This document shows, one piece after another, positions 1 through 13,274 of a stretch of DNA of 64,000 nucleotides. How positions within the stretch are numbered: position 1 is the stretch's first letter; every line of letters starts with the position of its first letter. The stretch spans positions 9,920,001-9,984,000 of the forward strand of contig NC_087436.1 of the NCBI RefSeq assembly GCF_036321535.1. Direction: 5' to 3'. The DNA is from Camelus dromedarius (lineage: Eukaryota). Both the position numbers and the translations under genes were made by a program. The notes under the pieces were generated by a model. That model was not told the origin of the DNA, made no database searches, and worked only from the letters and a program-made list of their open reading frames with translations.

Positions 1-1595
1 AATGATTCCTTTATTGACAAATAATATTCCCAAGTATGTGTAGACCACATCTTGTTTATTTATATATTAGTTGATGGACATTTGGGTTGTTTCCACCATT
101 TGGCTATTGTGAACTGTGCTGCTATGAACATGGTGTACACATTTTTGGGTGGCATATTTCACTGCTTTCTCAGCATATAATCTATTAGTAGATCTTGCTG
201 GATCTTATGGTAAATCTATGTTTAACATTTTGAGGAAACTGTAAAGTACTTTTCAGAGTGGCCACACTATTTCGCATTTCTACCAGCATATGAGGGTACC
301 ATTGGTCCACATTCCTGTCAACACTTATTGTTGTCTTTTTTATTTTAGTCATCCTAGGTGTGGTTTTGATTTGCATTTCCTTGATTAATAATGCTGAGCA
401 TCTTAATTGTGAACTTATTAAACATTCATGTATCTTTTTTCAAAATGCCTATTCAAACCATTTGTCAATTTTTAAATTGGTTAATTTGTGGGGTTTTTTG
501 GATTCTTTTTTTTTTTTGGAACTTTTTAAGGTTCATAGCAAAATGGAAGGGAATATACAGAGATATCCTATATAACCCGTGTCCCAACACATACATCATT
601 TCCCCCATTATCAACATCCCCAACCAGAGTGGTACATTTGTTAAATTTGATAAACTTACACTGACACATTATAATCACCCAAAGTCCATAGTTTACATAA
701 GGGTTCACTCTATGTTATGCATTCTGTGGGTGAAGACAAATGTTTAATGATGTGTTTATTATTACAGTATCATATAGAATATTTTCACTACTCTGAAAAT
801 GACCTGTTCTCCACCTTCTCCACTCTTCTACTTGCCTAACCCAGCCCCTGGCAACCACTGGTCTTTTTACCGTCTCCATAGTTTTGCCTTTTCCAGAATG
901 TCATATAATTGGAACCATACAGTATGTAGCATTTTGAGATTGGCTTCTTTCACTTAGTGATGTGCATTTAAGCACTGGATAATAGTCCATTGCCTGGATG
1001 AAGCACAGTTATTTAACCATTCAGCTACTGAAGGACACCTTAGTGACTTCCAAGTTTTGGCAATTATGATGAAAGCTGTTCTAAACATCTGAGTGCAGGT
1101 GTTTGTGTGGATCTAAGTTTTCAGTTATTTGTCTTTATTTTTGAGTTTTAGGTCTACTTTACATATTCTGGACACAAGTTCCTTTTCACTTTCTTGATGA
1201 TACCCTTTAAAACATTTTTGAACTTGATAAAGTCCAATTCATCTATATTGGTGGGTTTTTGTTTTTGGTTTTTTGGTTTTTTTGGTTCTTGCTTGTACTT
1301 TTGATGTTGTAACTAAGAAACCATCGTCTAATCTAAGGTCTCAAAAACTTACTCCTACGTTAAAGCTAAGATTTTCATAGCTTTAGCTCTTATATTTAGA
1401 TCTATGATCAGTTTTGAGGTAATTTTTATGTATGGTGTGAGGTAAGGGTCTACCTTATTTCCTTTGCATGTGGATAGACAGTACTCCCAGCACAATTTGT
1501 TGAAAAGATTCTTCTTCCTCTATTGAATATCTTGGCAGTCTTGTAAAAAAAAATTAATTGACAATAAATTTAAGGATGAATTTCAGGATGCTCAA
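1..1595 (-). mobile_element. Old L1 fragments (L1M-type ORF2/3' region), with a second L1 3' end nested at about 505-1125
   Basis: Typical antisense L1 motifs: gatggacatttgggttgtttcca, ttggctattgtgaac, ggttttgatttgcatttcc. No intact ORF. Confidence 0.85.
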
Positions 1596-1600
1596 ATGTG

Positions 1601-1811
1601 AAATATAACATTAGACAGAAAATTAACACTTAAACAAAATTTTACACAAAAGTCTAATTTTTGGTTCAATACAATAAATCTTTGTTTAATTTCTAGTCAT
1701 TTCAGCAGTACAGTCATTAACAACAGACTCCCCAACATCAAATAATTTATTGCCTTGTAGGTAGAGACATACACAATTATAAATATAACATTAGACAGAA
1801 AATTACCACTT
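1601..1811. repeat. 31-bp direct repeat pair (1601-1631, 1781-1811)
   Basis: aaatataacattagacagaaaatta(a/c)cactt occurs twice with 30/31 identity, 180 bp apart. Confidence 0.95.
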
Positions 1812-2289
1812 CTATAAATGAAGTACATAATGAGAAAGAAACAGAGTTACCACCATGGGGACTTAACAGGAATCTTGGAAAATGTGTTATTTGAGCAGAA
1901 CTTGATGAATAATAAAAATTTCCTAAATTAGATTTAGGAAAGAGGCAGACAAAAGAAGGTAACAGCATGATTAAAGAAAGTAGACTGTGCATAGGACCAA
2001 AGATTTAGGTTGATATGAGTTTATGACACATGAGTAAGAATAAACATAATTAAAATTTGCTGATGATAAACTACATATCAGGCACTTTCTACCATTTAAA
2101 TATATAATAACTAATGAGCTGATTTAGTCCTCACAATTCTGTGAAGTAGATACTATTATCTTCACTTGTCTCTCCATTTTACGTATTTAACAAGAAAGAT
2201 ACACAAATAAGTGATTTATTAAGGTAGACAGGCTCTTAGATGGTCTCTTATGAAACACCACCTCCAGTTTTCGAGTGTGGTGGGACCTG

Positions 2290-2716
2290 TGCTTTGTTTA
2301 TCAGTAGAGTATAGCCTGGTGTTCGGATATTACTTTTTAGAATACATGAGACTGTAATCCTCGTCTTGCCATTAGACTCTCTCTCTCGATTCTTTCTTGC
2401 ACTGGCTTCAGTGAAGTCACCAGCTCTATGGAGAGGTCCACGTGGTAAGGAACTAAAGATGGTCTCCAGCTAACAGTGGGAAAGAAGCTGGTGTCCTCAG
2501 CCCAATAACCTGTAAAGAATTGAATCCTACTAACAATCATGCGAACTTGGAAGTGCATCTTTCCCCAGTCTAGCCTCATATGAGACGCCAGCCCTGGCTG
2601 ACACCTTGAAGTTCAGCCTGGATTTCTGACCCAGACAAACTGTAAGATAATGAATACATGGTATTTTAAGCTGCTAATTTTGTGGTGATTCATTACACAG
2701 CAATAAATAACTAACA
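2290..2716 (+). mobile_element. MaLR LTR (MLT1-type)
   Basis: Ends with the MLT1-like terminus ttttaagctgctaattttgtggtgattcattacacagcaataaataactaaca. Confidence 0.75.
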
Positions 2717-4048
2717 CTTGCTCAAGGTCACACATGTAGTAGGTTGATGAGTAAGGATATAAAACTTGGTAATTAGGCTCTGATATGGGAAGTTTATGCT
2801 AACACCTGTAATTTCAGAGCTTTTCACACTAGGAATTTTTCGTGTTTCAGTGGTTGTTATTGTAATACTAGCAATAAGTATAACTTCTCATGATCAAAGC
2901 CAAAGTTAATGGGTTAGATCTGGGAGTCAGAGGCTTCTCAGGTGGAGTTATTGGATCTCCATTTGCATCTATTGGTGAATAGAGAATTTGAAGATTGTCC
3001 TGGGTCAGGGCAAGACTTGGACTTTACCCATGACTAGTATTCACATAAACACAAGTTTCATTGAGGCCCCCAGCAGCAGTCACTGTGCATGGGGGATGAC
3101 AGGGTTTCTGATATTGGACTGGTTATAAGACAAGATGGCATCTGGCACAATCATCCGTATTTTAACACATGGCTCCAGAGTGGAAGTAACATGGCATTCA
3201 GAGCGCAGCTCGGAGGCAGGTTCGAATGTCATCTATGTGCTTTGTGAGGAAGAGGACTACGTGGGAGTTGAAAAAGCTGCTTTCCTTGACTCTGCAAGGC
3301 TCTGGCACTGATGCAAACTTGCAGTGGGACCCATCTGAGTGTAAGACAGAATTGTTCTCACTTGGCAAGTGTGTCAAGAGAGTTCCAGCTCAACAGAGCC
3401 AAGGCCCAGGTGATTCTGCCCACAGTGGCATCTTCACTGAGGATCAGGAGCAGAGGTCCCACTCCTGGTGGAGTGTCTGTAGACCACCTGTGCCTAAGGC
3501 AGGGAAGCCCAGCCCAGTGGGCTGTGGCAAAAACCAGAAAGCTGTACCCATAAATACTTGAGTGGAGGTGGTGATGGGGAACTTGGCAGTCAAGCAGATG
3601 AGGGTTTAGGGATTCAAGTTTAATATGACTGCAAGGACATTTTCTATGTAGGCTGATGAAGCTGGAAGAAAATTAACTGTGAAATGCCACGCACAGTCCC
3701 TCACTCGCCTGTGCATCATAGGGGCTGTGTGCAATTGGTGATCACCTTTTGAAGAAACTTGTTCCTGACTATTTTATACTGATGTGGAGTTATCCAAAAA
3801 TGCTAAATAAAACTACATAAATTATTTTTTGAAAATGAATGTTTGTTATGTCAGCCTATGGTCACTAGTGATTAAGTAAGTGCCTGTTTGCTGAAAAGAG
3901 AGAGACAGAGACAGTGACTATGGAAGGCTGAGTCGATAAGGAAATATCTCCATTAAGAAGTTTCCAACCCATCGAACCAGACTGAAACTGATGACTTGGC
4001 CAAGTTAAGGTCTAAAGACTGCAATCTGTGAAATAGAGTAAAGCAGTT

Positions 4049-4124
4049 ATGCAAATTTATGCATAGAAATAAAAACCCCATATGTGCCTAGAGGGAGCGG
4101 TTTCCAGCCAATATGCTAATGATA
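4049..4124. promoter_or_regulatory. Cluster of POU/octamer-type motifs plus CCAAT (candidate enhancer)
   Basis: ATGCAAAT at 4049-4056 abuts TTATGCAT; CCAAT at 4108-4112; ATGCTAATGATA at 4113-4124; all in apparently non-repeat DNA. Motif match only. Confidence 0.3.
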
Positions 4125-4783
4125 CGAGATAACAATACTCGGCATCTCTACAGATTTTAATTCAAAGAGCTCAAAATGTACTACAAATTTATTATCTGCT
4201 AAATGAGAGTAGGCAATGTTATTTTCCTGTTACAAATTTCAAAAGTGACTACCTTGTAATCAAACAGAAATATGGACATAGTAATGGAGTCTTTGAAAGA
4301 GAAAACACCAAAAGACACTGAAAATAAACTTTTTAGGACTGAAAAACATTTCAGTGACCCAACTGAATCAAAGGCATGAACAAAACTGCAGGTAAATTTT
4401 GACTTTATAAACATTTAAGGATTATTCTGTTCCACAATATTTACATTTTTACTACATAAGCTACAATAAAAAATTTGTAAATAGCATGAATTCTAGGTTA
4501 TGTGAACAAAATGTGGCTGGTGCTTTAAGGTATTTACAAACTCATGGAGGAAATAAAACAAATAGTTCTCTCTAACATTAACCAGACATTACACGCTTAA
4601 GAGCTCTAAAGGAGGTGCCTTGAGGGAACTGAAAAGGAAGCAATTATCTGTGATGGGTGCTGTAAGGGGCAATTGAGCCAGATTTTGAAGGATATATAGA
4701 ATTTCTCAAGTCTATAATAGAGGAAGTAAATTTGGAGGGAATAAAATAATGTTAATGAACTGTAAGAACGTGAAATGTGATTA

Positions 4784-4902
4784 GTGGATGGTGGGGGTCA
4801 GAGGATGGTGGGGATCAGTGGATGCTGAAGGTCAGTGGATAGTGGAGGTCAGTAGATGGTGGGGATCAGTGGACAATGGGGGTCAGTGGACGGTGGGGGT
4901 CA
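4784..4902 (+). repeat. 17-bp G-rich minisatellite, 7 copies (consensus gtggatggtgggggtca)
   Basis: Seven consecutive 17-mers in register with scattered substitutions. Confidence 0.95.
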
Positions 4903-5039
4903 GTGGAGAGTAGGCGTAAGACTGAAGAGGCAGGTAAAGGTCAGACAATTTTCTTTTCCTTTTCCTATGGAGAAATACACAACACTCAGCTCATTTGTTT
5001 GTTTGTTTTTGTATAAATAACACAAAACTTGAATGATGT

Positions 5040-5660
5040 TAAAAAAATTAATATGTTTCAATTCTGGACGATGGGCAGACATATAAGCTGGAATAAAATA
5101 AGGAAGAATGAGGACAGTAAAGAAGAAAGCAAAAGAGAATTTGAGAAATAGAGACAGAAAAACAACTGGGAGGGAAAAAGAGACAGAAGGGGAAATTGTA
5201 AACTGCTTTGAACTCCTCGTCTCTCTCGGGTACCAGGCACATGAGGCAGTATCTCCTGGTTTCCTGCTTAGAACCAGCCCCCACCTTCCCCACTGTCACA
5301 GCTCAGCTCACCCCCTGGGACAGAGACTAAAATTGCCAGACACTAACTTCTGCAAGAACCCTGACAGTGGTGGCCTGAAGGCTGGGACATGAAAAGATGG
5401 ATGAAGAGAAACCAGCCAGATGCTTAGCTGCCATTGTGTGGGAGATTAGGCCTGGCATCTGGCAACCATCCTACCATCAGGCAGGTTCAAATCAAAGGAT
5501 GAAAATGAAGAGAAATATGTAAACTTCTCCATCCTTCATGATATCATGGAGCCACTAGATTAACCAACTGGATGTTTAATTAATCCCCAGCCTCCTTGTC
5601 TAATAAACTAATGTGTAAATTCATTGCTCTAGCCTCTTTTAATGAAGTAGTTGGTTAGTT
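5040..5660 (+). mobile_element. Degraded MaLR (MLT1-like) LTR
   Basis: 3' part resembles an old MLT1 terminus (tagttggttagttgcagctggaagg). Highly diverged. Confidence 0.45.
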
Positions 5661-5699
5661 GCAGCTGGAAGGATCTTAATCTCACTGACATTCACTGAA

Positions 5700-6523
5700 T
5701 TCACCTTCACTGGTGTGAAAACACATAACCACAGTGAATCTGCAGAGATTCTTGTGGTGCTGGGAAGTGGCCCCCTCGGAGTTGCCCACCAGGGTCTTGC
5801 TGCTGCTTCACGGTGGGGTGGGGGGGATGTGGTTGGCTCTGAGGCCGCTCAGTCAAGCCATCTGGCCAGTCCTTTGTGTGTCTTTGGTGGATGGTGCAGC
5901 CACAGGCCATTTAGGATGGAGATGGGTCAGGGTGCGAGCTCTGGGTGAGGGCATCGCAGCAATTGGACAGGAGGAGGACCATGAATGTCAGATGTGGTCC
6001 TGAGATGTGAAGACTCTGGCTTGTCCCCTGACCTTCCTCTCTGAGTTCACTTCAAGAAAAAGTTCCCCCAGAAACTCCATTCGTAAGTGGATATGAGGGT
6101 CCGAGGGGTGGGCTGCAGTGCATGCGCTGTGCGCTGCCCAGATCTCCCTTCAGGGCTGAAGGACTTATTTCCTAGGATGTCCAGTTGCTGCTGAAACACA
6201 GCCCACTGCTCCCAGCCTATTCAGCAAACTGCCTCCACTAAAGCCAGTGGCCAAGCCTAAGGTCAGGCCCCTCCTGCTCAGCCTGAAGCCCATGGCTTGG
6301 GAGTGAAAAGACCCTGCTCCCTGACTTCAATAGAGGCCAACTCAGAGGGGTCCTCCCAGCTTCAGAGATGCCAGTAGGGTTAAGTGAGGTCTTTGTGGAA
6401 ACGGCACTGAGGCTCAGTCTGGGACCCTCCACGGGTGTCTATCCCAAGAGCACTTAATGATGAACTACTTGCACACTAATATCAGTCCCAGAAACTGCTT
6501 CCTGCAGAACCCAAGCTGCAACA
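5700..6523 (+). mobile_element. ERVL internal 3' remnant plus LTR16-like LTR (about 6115-6523)
   Basis: Polypurine-tract-like gaggggtgggc followed by tgcagtg. The LTR ends tgcttcctgcagaacccaagctgcaaca. Confidence 0.55.
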
Positions 6524-6578
6524 TTTGGTCCAAAATCAGAGAATGTCTTTCTGAGGAAGTGGCCATGGCTGCTGGGCT

Positions 6579-7181
6579 TTTTAGAGCAGGCAGATAGCTA
6601 GACATGAGTAGAGGAGAGGGGGGCAAGGGCCAAATGGCAAGCAACCATAGATCTTGTGAGCAACTGGGGTCCTTGGGCAGACAGAGAAAAGCAGGAAACC
6701 CCAGACTGATGAGAAGCACACATTTTGGGGGTGACAAGTGTCCTAGAGGCAGGCAAAGAGAAGCAGGAAAAGGCAGGAATCTCCAGTGTCTGAATGTCAC
6801 ATTTTGCATATTATGCCCTTATTACAATATAATTAGCTTTGCAGATTAGAAATACCCAGCATGCACTAACGCCATGACACTTCTGATCCCTGCTAAATAA
6901 GGGCAAGAATTCCTCCTCCCCTCTGGAAGGTGAAGCTGGGATGGAAATCAGATAATATAACCCCAAGCCTTCCCTCCCCAATGAATATTCTGCCCATTCA
7001 TTTTTACATACCATATAACCAGCTTGCCAAAGAAACTCAAGGCAGCTATTCACCTGAGTCTGCCCACTCTCCCCTTGAGAGCATCCTATCACTTAATAAA
7101 TCCTCACTTTACGTTCTTGACCTCCATGTCTCACCTCTGAATTCTTTTTGTGACAAAACAAAAACCTAATCACTGGCAACA
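6579..7181 (+). mobile_element. ERV1-type solo LTR, family copy A
   Basis: Starts (t)tttagagcaggcagatagc, contains AATAAA near 7095 and ends ggcaaca. Flanks ggct/ggca. Clearly homologous to 38600-39257. Confidence 0.85.
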
Positions 7182-7239
7182 GGCAGAATGAATAGTGTAC
7201 AAACAAAGTTACAGAGGGGCCAGAACATTTAAATCAAAG

Positions 7240-7470
7240 GCAATGATTCTTCATAGGAGTGCTGTGCGCACACACACACACACACCCCAGGAGGACATTT
7301 GTCTTCATCTGGAGACATCTTTTGGTTTTTAAAACTAGGGATTACTACTGACATCTATTTGAGTAGAGGTCAGGAATGTTGCTAAGCATGTTACAATACA
7401 CAGAACAGCCTCTGCACTGAAGAGCTATCCAGTGCAAAAGGGAGATGGTGCCATGGCTGGGGAAACCCAG
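7240..7470 (+). mobile_element. MER20-like hAT DNA transposon relic
   Basis: ggacatttg...tctggagacatcttttggtt...gagtagaggtcaggaatgttgctaagcat...ggaaaccc follows the MER20 layout. Confidence 0.75.
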
Positions 7471-7633
7471 GATTAAAGGAACGGTGTTGGAATATCTCTG
7501 AAGTGGGAGGAGTATGGTACATTTAGGAAATTGGAAACATAATTTACATGGGACACAGTGAGGGACAAGGAATGGGGGGGGAAGGGAGCTACCAAGTAGG
7601 CAGTGCAAAGAAGATTGGCTTTTACATTAATGG

Positions 7634-8056
7634 TGCCTACTGAAAAATAACGCACAACCTAAAAGTTGAGAATTATGTTTTCTTTGATGGACTTTCTGAG
7701 AACTCAAGGCTGGATGACAGCCTCTCAGATCACTCTGAGGAACTGCTCCAAAGGGGTTAGGGAAGAGCCAAAGGTTTTGTAACAAAACTCATGTAGTCAG
7801 AACATCAAAAGATGACTGTTAATTGAAGAAAACCAGATGCCTCAAGCGAATCAATTTAGCACTTGCTTTTCTATGTATGGGGAGATGCAACAGGCTGGGT
7901 TTATTGAAACCATCTCTTTGATATGCACCTTAAACTCGGGCCAGTATCCTGTTTTCTTCCATTCTGAATCCCTTCAGGGTGGCTGCAGCAGCTGATGGCT
8001 TGATGGCTGCAACATCCTTTGTTGACTAATAGGACTGGCAACGTTTTTTGCCCACA
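7634..8056 (-). mobile_element. ERV1-type solo LTR
   Basis: TG...CA termini with flanks atgg/gtgg; cacaacctaaaagttgagaattatgttt is a terminus typical of laurasiatherian LTRs. Confidence 0.75.
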
Positions 8057-11000
8057 GTGGAAAGTCATTGAAAGTTTCTATGCTAGGAACTAAAATGATC
8101 AGATTACGTTTTTTAAGAAATCATGCCATCTGGTCGTGGGTAACTGGCATTAAATGGGACTGGAGAGAGAAAGAGTGGGTGTCTGAAGACCATGGGAAAC
8201 ACGATCATGCTTGATTAACATGATGGCAGGTGAGGGGGAGAAAGAATTGAGAAATATGTATGAGAAGATGTGACAAAACTTAATCATGGGTTGGAGAGAC
8301 AAGAAGAGGTCATGTTTAAATGTGGGGACTCTGGGGTCAGAGGACACAGGCTCAAATTCCAGCTTTGCCATGCACTAGTTTTGCAAACCTTGAACAGCTT
8401 GTATTTAATGTCTATGGCTTGGTTGTTGACCTGCTGTTATGACTATGAAGTGAGTTAAATTTTGTATAGTGCCTAGGAGGGCCTGGCATGTGCTAAATGC
8501 TGCATAAATCTTAAATCGATCAAGTAAACACAAAGACACAGGCTGTCTCCAAGAATTCCGGCTTTTCTGATGTGCAGCTGGTGGACGACCACGCCCTCAC
8601 TGAGCTGAAGGACGAGGCTGAGAATCTTCTGGTTTGTTTCTCGGAGTGCAGGGTGGGGGAGTGGGTGAGGTCAAGAGCCCATGAGTGTTTTGTTGCAGAA
8701 GCATTAAAAAGATGAAGTTGCCAATGTGGTCAAAATGGCTGAGAAGGCAGGTGAGATGCCCGGAGAAATGAGGGCAGTTTTAAAAAGCACATCATGAATA
8801 TACTCTTAAAAATTGAGGTCTTGTACTAAACAAAGCACTTTGCCATAAACCAGGAACTTCTAGTGAATTTTGCCTTCTCATCTTTGCACTGCAGCAAGTA
8901 AGCTGCTCCAGGCTTGATTTCCTTTCTTCCTAAGTGGTAACTAAGCACTCAGTGAATATTAATTTCAATTATCTTTTACAACTTTGTGACGCTAACTGTT
9001 AGTAGTTTATGTTATCAAACAAACTAAAGAAATTCTACCAACAATATAGGCAGAATTCCACAAAGGCTGAAGACATTTTGAAGGCTCTATGTTAATAATG
9101 AATTTATTCTTATTAAAAAACAATTGTTTTAATTTTCCTTTTCTTTCAGATGCATAACCACCTCACACTATGCAGGACCGGGATTCTAACAGACTAAACG
9201 AAAAAATAATAATATTCATGAAAAGTATTTCACCTAGGTGCCTGGAAGCAAATTTAAATTTGCAGAAATGTCTGTCCATGGAGACATGAAAGAAAGATAC
9301 ATTTGAGGTGCAATTATCCAAAATTATAATGCTAAGGGCTACATAAATTAGCCTGAAGTTTCTTAGCGCAAAGAACTAAGAACCTTTATTTTCCTCCACT
9401 GTTCACTTAAAGTATAGTTTTTTTGAAACAAGAGGAAAGATTTGTGGGAGCGTTGTCTCTGGCAAACGTTCTGTTTTCTACTTCGACAAACACATTTGGT
9501 TAACTGCGTGGATTACTGATATAAATGGCATGAATTATTGATATGAATATTATTCTTAAAAAGTCACAGAGGGCTTGGAGAGCTTGTATTATGTACTGCA
9601 ATCCTGGAACAGGGGAAAAAAAAAAGCCCCATGGTAAGATTTAAGTGTTAATTGCATGGAGGACAGCAGACATTGCTTTCCTCGTATAAAGAGTCTAATT
9701 CTGGAATTTTGTGAATTTACACAAGGTGGGAAAATTTACACAAGGTGAAAATTGCATCCTATGGTCCCTTGAGCCTAAAATAGATCATCATTGCGGAGGC
9801 CACTTTATTCACTCCTTATATTTTGCATAGATTTTGAAGTCTAAAGGGTGTTTTTAAAAATATTATTTTACTTGGTTCTCAGAATAACCCAATGATGTAG
9901 ACACTGCAAGGCATTATGGCTATTTTATAGGTGCACAATGAGGAATTAGATGTGAGGTCACATGGTGAACAATATGTGCAACACACACCTGACCTGAAGT
10001 CTTCTGACTCCAGGACCGCAGCTATGTCACTCCACTCTGATTTCTAATATGTGTGTTTCCTTCATTTGATTCAAGAAGCTTAGACCTTCTGGGGAAAGCC
10101 TAAACATTTGATTAGATCACCATCAACAACTCTATTTATACTTTTTGAAGCATCTTAGAAGTGAATGTAATGGTCTACGGCCAGTTCAAGTTCAAGTCTT
10201 TACCATTCTATTTTTTGGATAGTCCTTGTTTTTAAAGCATCAGAGATTTTGTTTGCATTTGAATTGATCTTGCAGAAAGAGGTACACACACTGTGCATGG
10301 GTCCACTTTGTACGTCATGCAGTTCACGAAACGTGGTAGCAAAATATTTTCTTGCTAACTGCATGATTGAAATACCTGTGTCTCAGGTGTGGGCAGGTTA
10401 CAGGCCTGCCACCTGTAGCCCCAAATCCCAGGGGTGAGACAGTGACTTTGCAGGACTCAAGTCATTCTCATTTTAAGGTCATTTGAAAACCTGTCTATTG
10501 AGGGCAGGGGCCATATCTGGTTCAACATTGCACATCCAAACTGCATACAGTGTCTGGTACATAACATGCATTTAGTAAATATTGGTTGAACAAATGAATA
10601 AATGGGTTTCATCATTTTTTGCAGGACTCCAACACCCATAAAAGACTGCCTAGCATTTAACATCCAATTCAGATATCATCATCCATTCAATCAGCAAAAA
10701 GGTGTTGTGTACCTTTTACAAGCTGGACTATTTTGGTGCTGGAGATGCATGAAAAAGCTCATTGAATTTGTATTCTAGTGGCAAGAGGCAGAAATAAACA
10801 AGACAAAAATTAAAATGGCAGGTGGTGACAAGAGCTAAGAAAAAAATAAATCAAAAACAGAGATAAGGAGATGGATTGGTTTACATATTATAGGCAGGCT
10901 AGCCAAGAACCTCTTAATCTATGGCAACTATCGTCATCTCCATTTCATGGTTTCAGCTACCAAATTGAGTATCTTGAAATTTGTATCCTCTTCTAATTCA

Positions 11001-11299
11001 CAGGCTTATAATCAAATGTTGATTTTTTACTAGGCACCTTATGCTACATAAATGTCATAGAATTTGTCATCTGAGAGCTTCCATTTTCAAGGCTGTCCCC
11101 TAATAATGGGGCAGCAGGACACCTGGTACAGATTAGACGGAATCCTGATGTTGGGATGGTGTCCAGATTGACTTTGAGAAGCTCACAGTCTCAGACAAAT
11201 CAAGCCTCTGACAAATGAAGACCTTAGATTTTAATTTGAAATACTTTGTTTAGTTATTCTGAAGAATGAAAATACTTACAAAATAATTCAGAATTTAAA

Positions 11300-11447
11300 A
11301 AAAATTTTGTTGTTTTTTTAGGGGGGTAATTATGTCTATTTGTTTTTATTTTATTTATTTTAGTTTTAATGGAGGTAACTGATTGAACCCAGGACTTCAT
11401 GCATGCTAAGTATGTGCTGTAGCACCGAGCTATATTCTCACCCCAAC
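11300..11447 (-). mobile_element. tRNA-derived SINE (camelid vic-1-like)
   Basis: Antisense tRNA-like head (gattgaacccaggac...gcatgctaag...gagctata); TSD cagaatttaaa at 11289-11299 and 11448-11458. Confidence 0.9.
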
Positions 11448-11523
11448 CAGAATTTAAATTTTTGAAGTTTCTCCGTCACCATTATATGCATAACACTTTA
11501 TTGTTTCCCTTCTAATTTCTAAG

Positions 11524-12375
11524 TGGCTTAGTCAGCTCAGGCTGCCATAATAAAATCCCATAGACTGGGTGGCTTAAACAATGGAAATCAATTTTCTCTG
11601 GATGCTGGAAGCAGAAGGCTAAGATCAATGTCCAGGGGGAGTCAGAGTCTGGGAGGACTCTCTGGGTCGCAGGTGGCCACCTTCTCACTGTCTTTGTAAT
11701 AGAGGAGAACAAATCTAACTCTATATTGGATCTGTTCCTTTGGCTTTGACCACTGTGCAGTGTTTCCTAGGCTCAGTCTTGCTAGCTCTGCACTCACATA
11801 AAGATAACAAGTTGCAGAATAGAGAATAACATCCGTTTTGTTGGAGGTTTTGCAGGAGCATCATGACCTGGCCCATGTGGACAGCTGTGGGAACAAAGAA
11901 TTCCTACGCCAAGAAGTTTGCAAGAACCAACAACACCCCCACCCCATTGTTTTGTTTTGTTTTGTTTTGTTTTGTTTTGTTTTGTTTTGTATAAAAGAAG
12001 CCTATATTCTGACTGGAGTGGGATGGTTCTCCAAGACATAGTCTGCCATCCTCTCAGTCTGCCGGCTTTCCAAATAAAGTCACTATTCCTTGCCCCAACA
12101 CCTCATCCCCTGATTTATTGGCCTGTCATGTGGCAGAGCAGAATGAGTTTGGACTCAGTAACATCTTCACATGGCCTTTCCTCAGTATGTACATGAGGAG
12201 AGAGAGATCTCTTCCTACTCTTTTAGAACCATCAATCCTACTGGGTCTGGATCCCAACCTTATGAACCTCAGTGAAACTTCATTATATCCTCAAAGCACT
12301 ACCTCCAAATATAATTACATTAGAGACTAGGGCTTCAAAATATGAATTTTGTGGGGACACAATTCAGTCTATAGC
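11524..12375 (-). mobile_element. MLT1A-like MaLR LTR, split by the LTR at 11695-12163
   Basis: ttagtcagctcaggctgccataataaaatcccatagactgggtggcttaaaca ... ggggacacaattcagtctatagc. The two halves rejoin across the insertion. Confidence 0.85.
11695..12163 (+). mobile_element. ERV1-type solo LTR nested in MLT1A
   Basis: TGTAA...TAACA termini, perfect 4-bp TSD tctt (11691-11694, 12164-12167), TATAAAA near 11990 and AATAAA near 12073. Confidence 0.9.
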
Positions 12376-12456
12376 CATAAGATAATAATTTTTGAACATA
12401 TTACTTTCTAAGAGAATGCATACAATTTATTCAACCGATACTTACTGAGCATCTTC

Positions 12457-13274
12457 TGTAACTGACCAGGACCCTATTGTCATCAGTGACCATATGGTAC
12501 TTGTAACTGCTTAACTGTATAATAGTTTAAATGGCTTTTTGCATGCTCTTTCTGACCAGGGATGGGCTGGGGAGGAGGGAGGCTTGGGTGGTCCACTCAA
12601 CCCTGTCGTGGTGCTGTGTGCAGGGATCATGCTCAGTGCCCTGCTCTTGCCCCCAGTGCCCTCCTCTTGATCCCGACAACTCAGAAGGCAGTTGGGCATT
12701 TTGTGTGTCTTATTGTCTATAACCCACCCAATTGTGCATGTGTGTAGTTGTTTTTGGCCCCCTGTGGTTTCCTTATTTTCTGTTGTTCAAGCTGCAAGCC
12801 TCAGCCTGCAGCAGGAGGTCTCAGGCCTCAGCCAGCTCAAAAGGCTAAAAGCATTTATCAACCTGACTTTAAACTGCGTAAGTTTTTCTCTAGAGCTCTT
12901 TTCCATGGAGCCCCTTTCTATGCACCCTTTGTGCTGGGTACAAGAATATTAAGAGAGTCCCAAAGCCAGAGGTGAACTTCATACTCAGCAGAGAGAAGGT
13001 GGTAACTGCATCTGCAAAAACAAGAACAACTTTGCAACAATTTATTACCCTGTATGCAATCTCTGTGGAAACCAGCTCTGCCCCTTGAACTCTTGAACTT
13101 TTACATAAACCCCCCCTACCCTCTCTCTCCATCAGGCTCACAGTCTTAGAGGCACTAGACCACTGGGACCTCCTTACCTTCAAAGAAATAAAGCTGTCTT
13201 TTCTACTTCATCAAAATCTCTGTCCTCAAGACTCAATTCAGTAAGTGGGGTAGGGAAGCCGTGTTTCAGCAACA
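12457..13274 (+). mobile_element. ERV1-type solo LTR inserted in an L2 relic
   Basis: TGTAA...CAACA termini, TSD cttc/ctcc, AATAAA near 13187. The flanks rejoin as L2-like ttactgagcatc...ctatgtgcca. Confidence 0.8.

Noticed and set aside
4084..4100. CTCF-like gtgcctagagggagcgg
   Set aside because: The 5' CC pair is out of register with the consensus; weak match.
4784..4902. Regular repeats considered as a CRISPR-like array
   Set aside because: Tandem units with no unique spacers, in mammalian DNA with no cas genes.
9135..9310. Strong + strand acceptor ttttccttttctttcag at 9149
   Set aside because: No convincing donor or recognisable coding frame; an isolated acceptor is common by chance.
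9714..9750. Short tandem duplication of aatttacacaaggtg
   Set aside because: Ordinary slippage duplication with no further structure.
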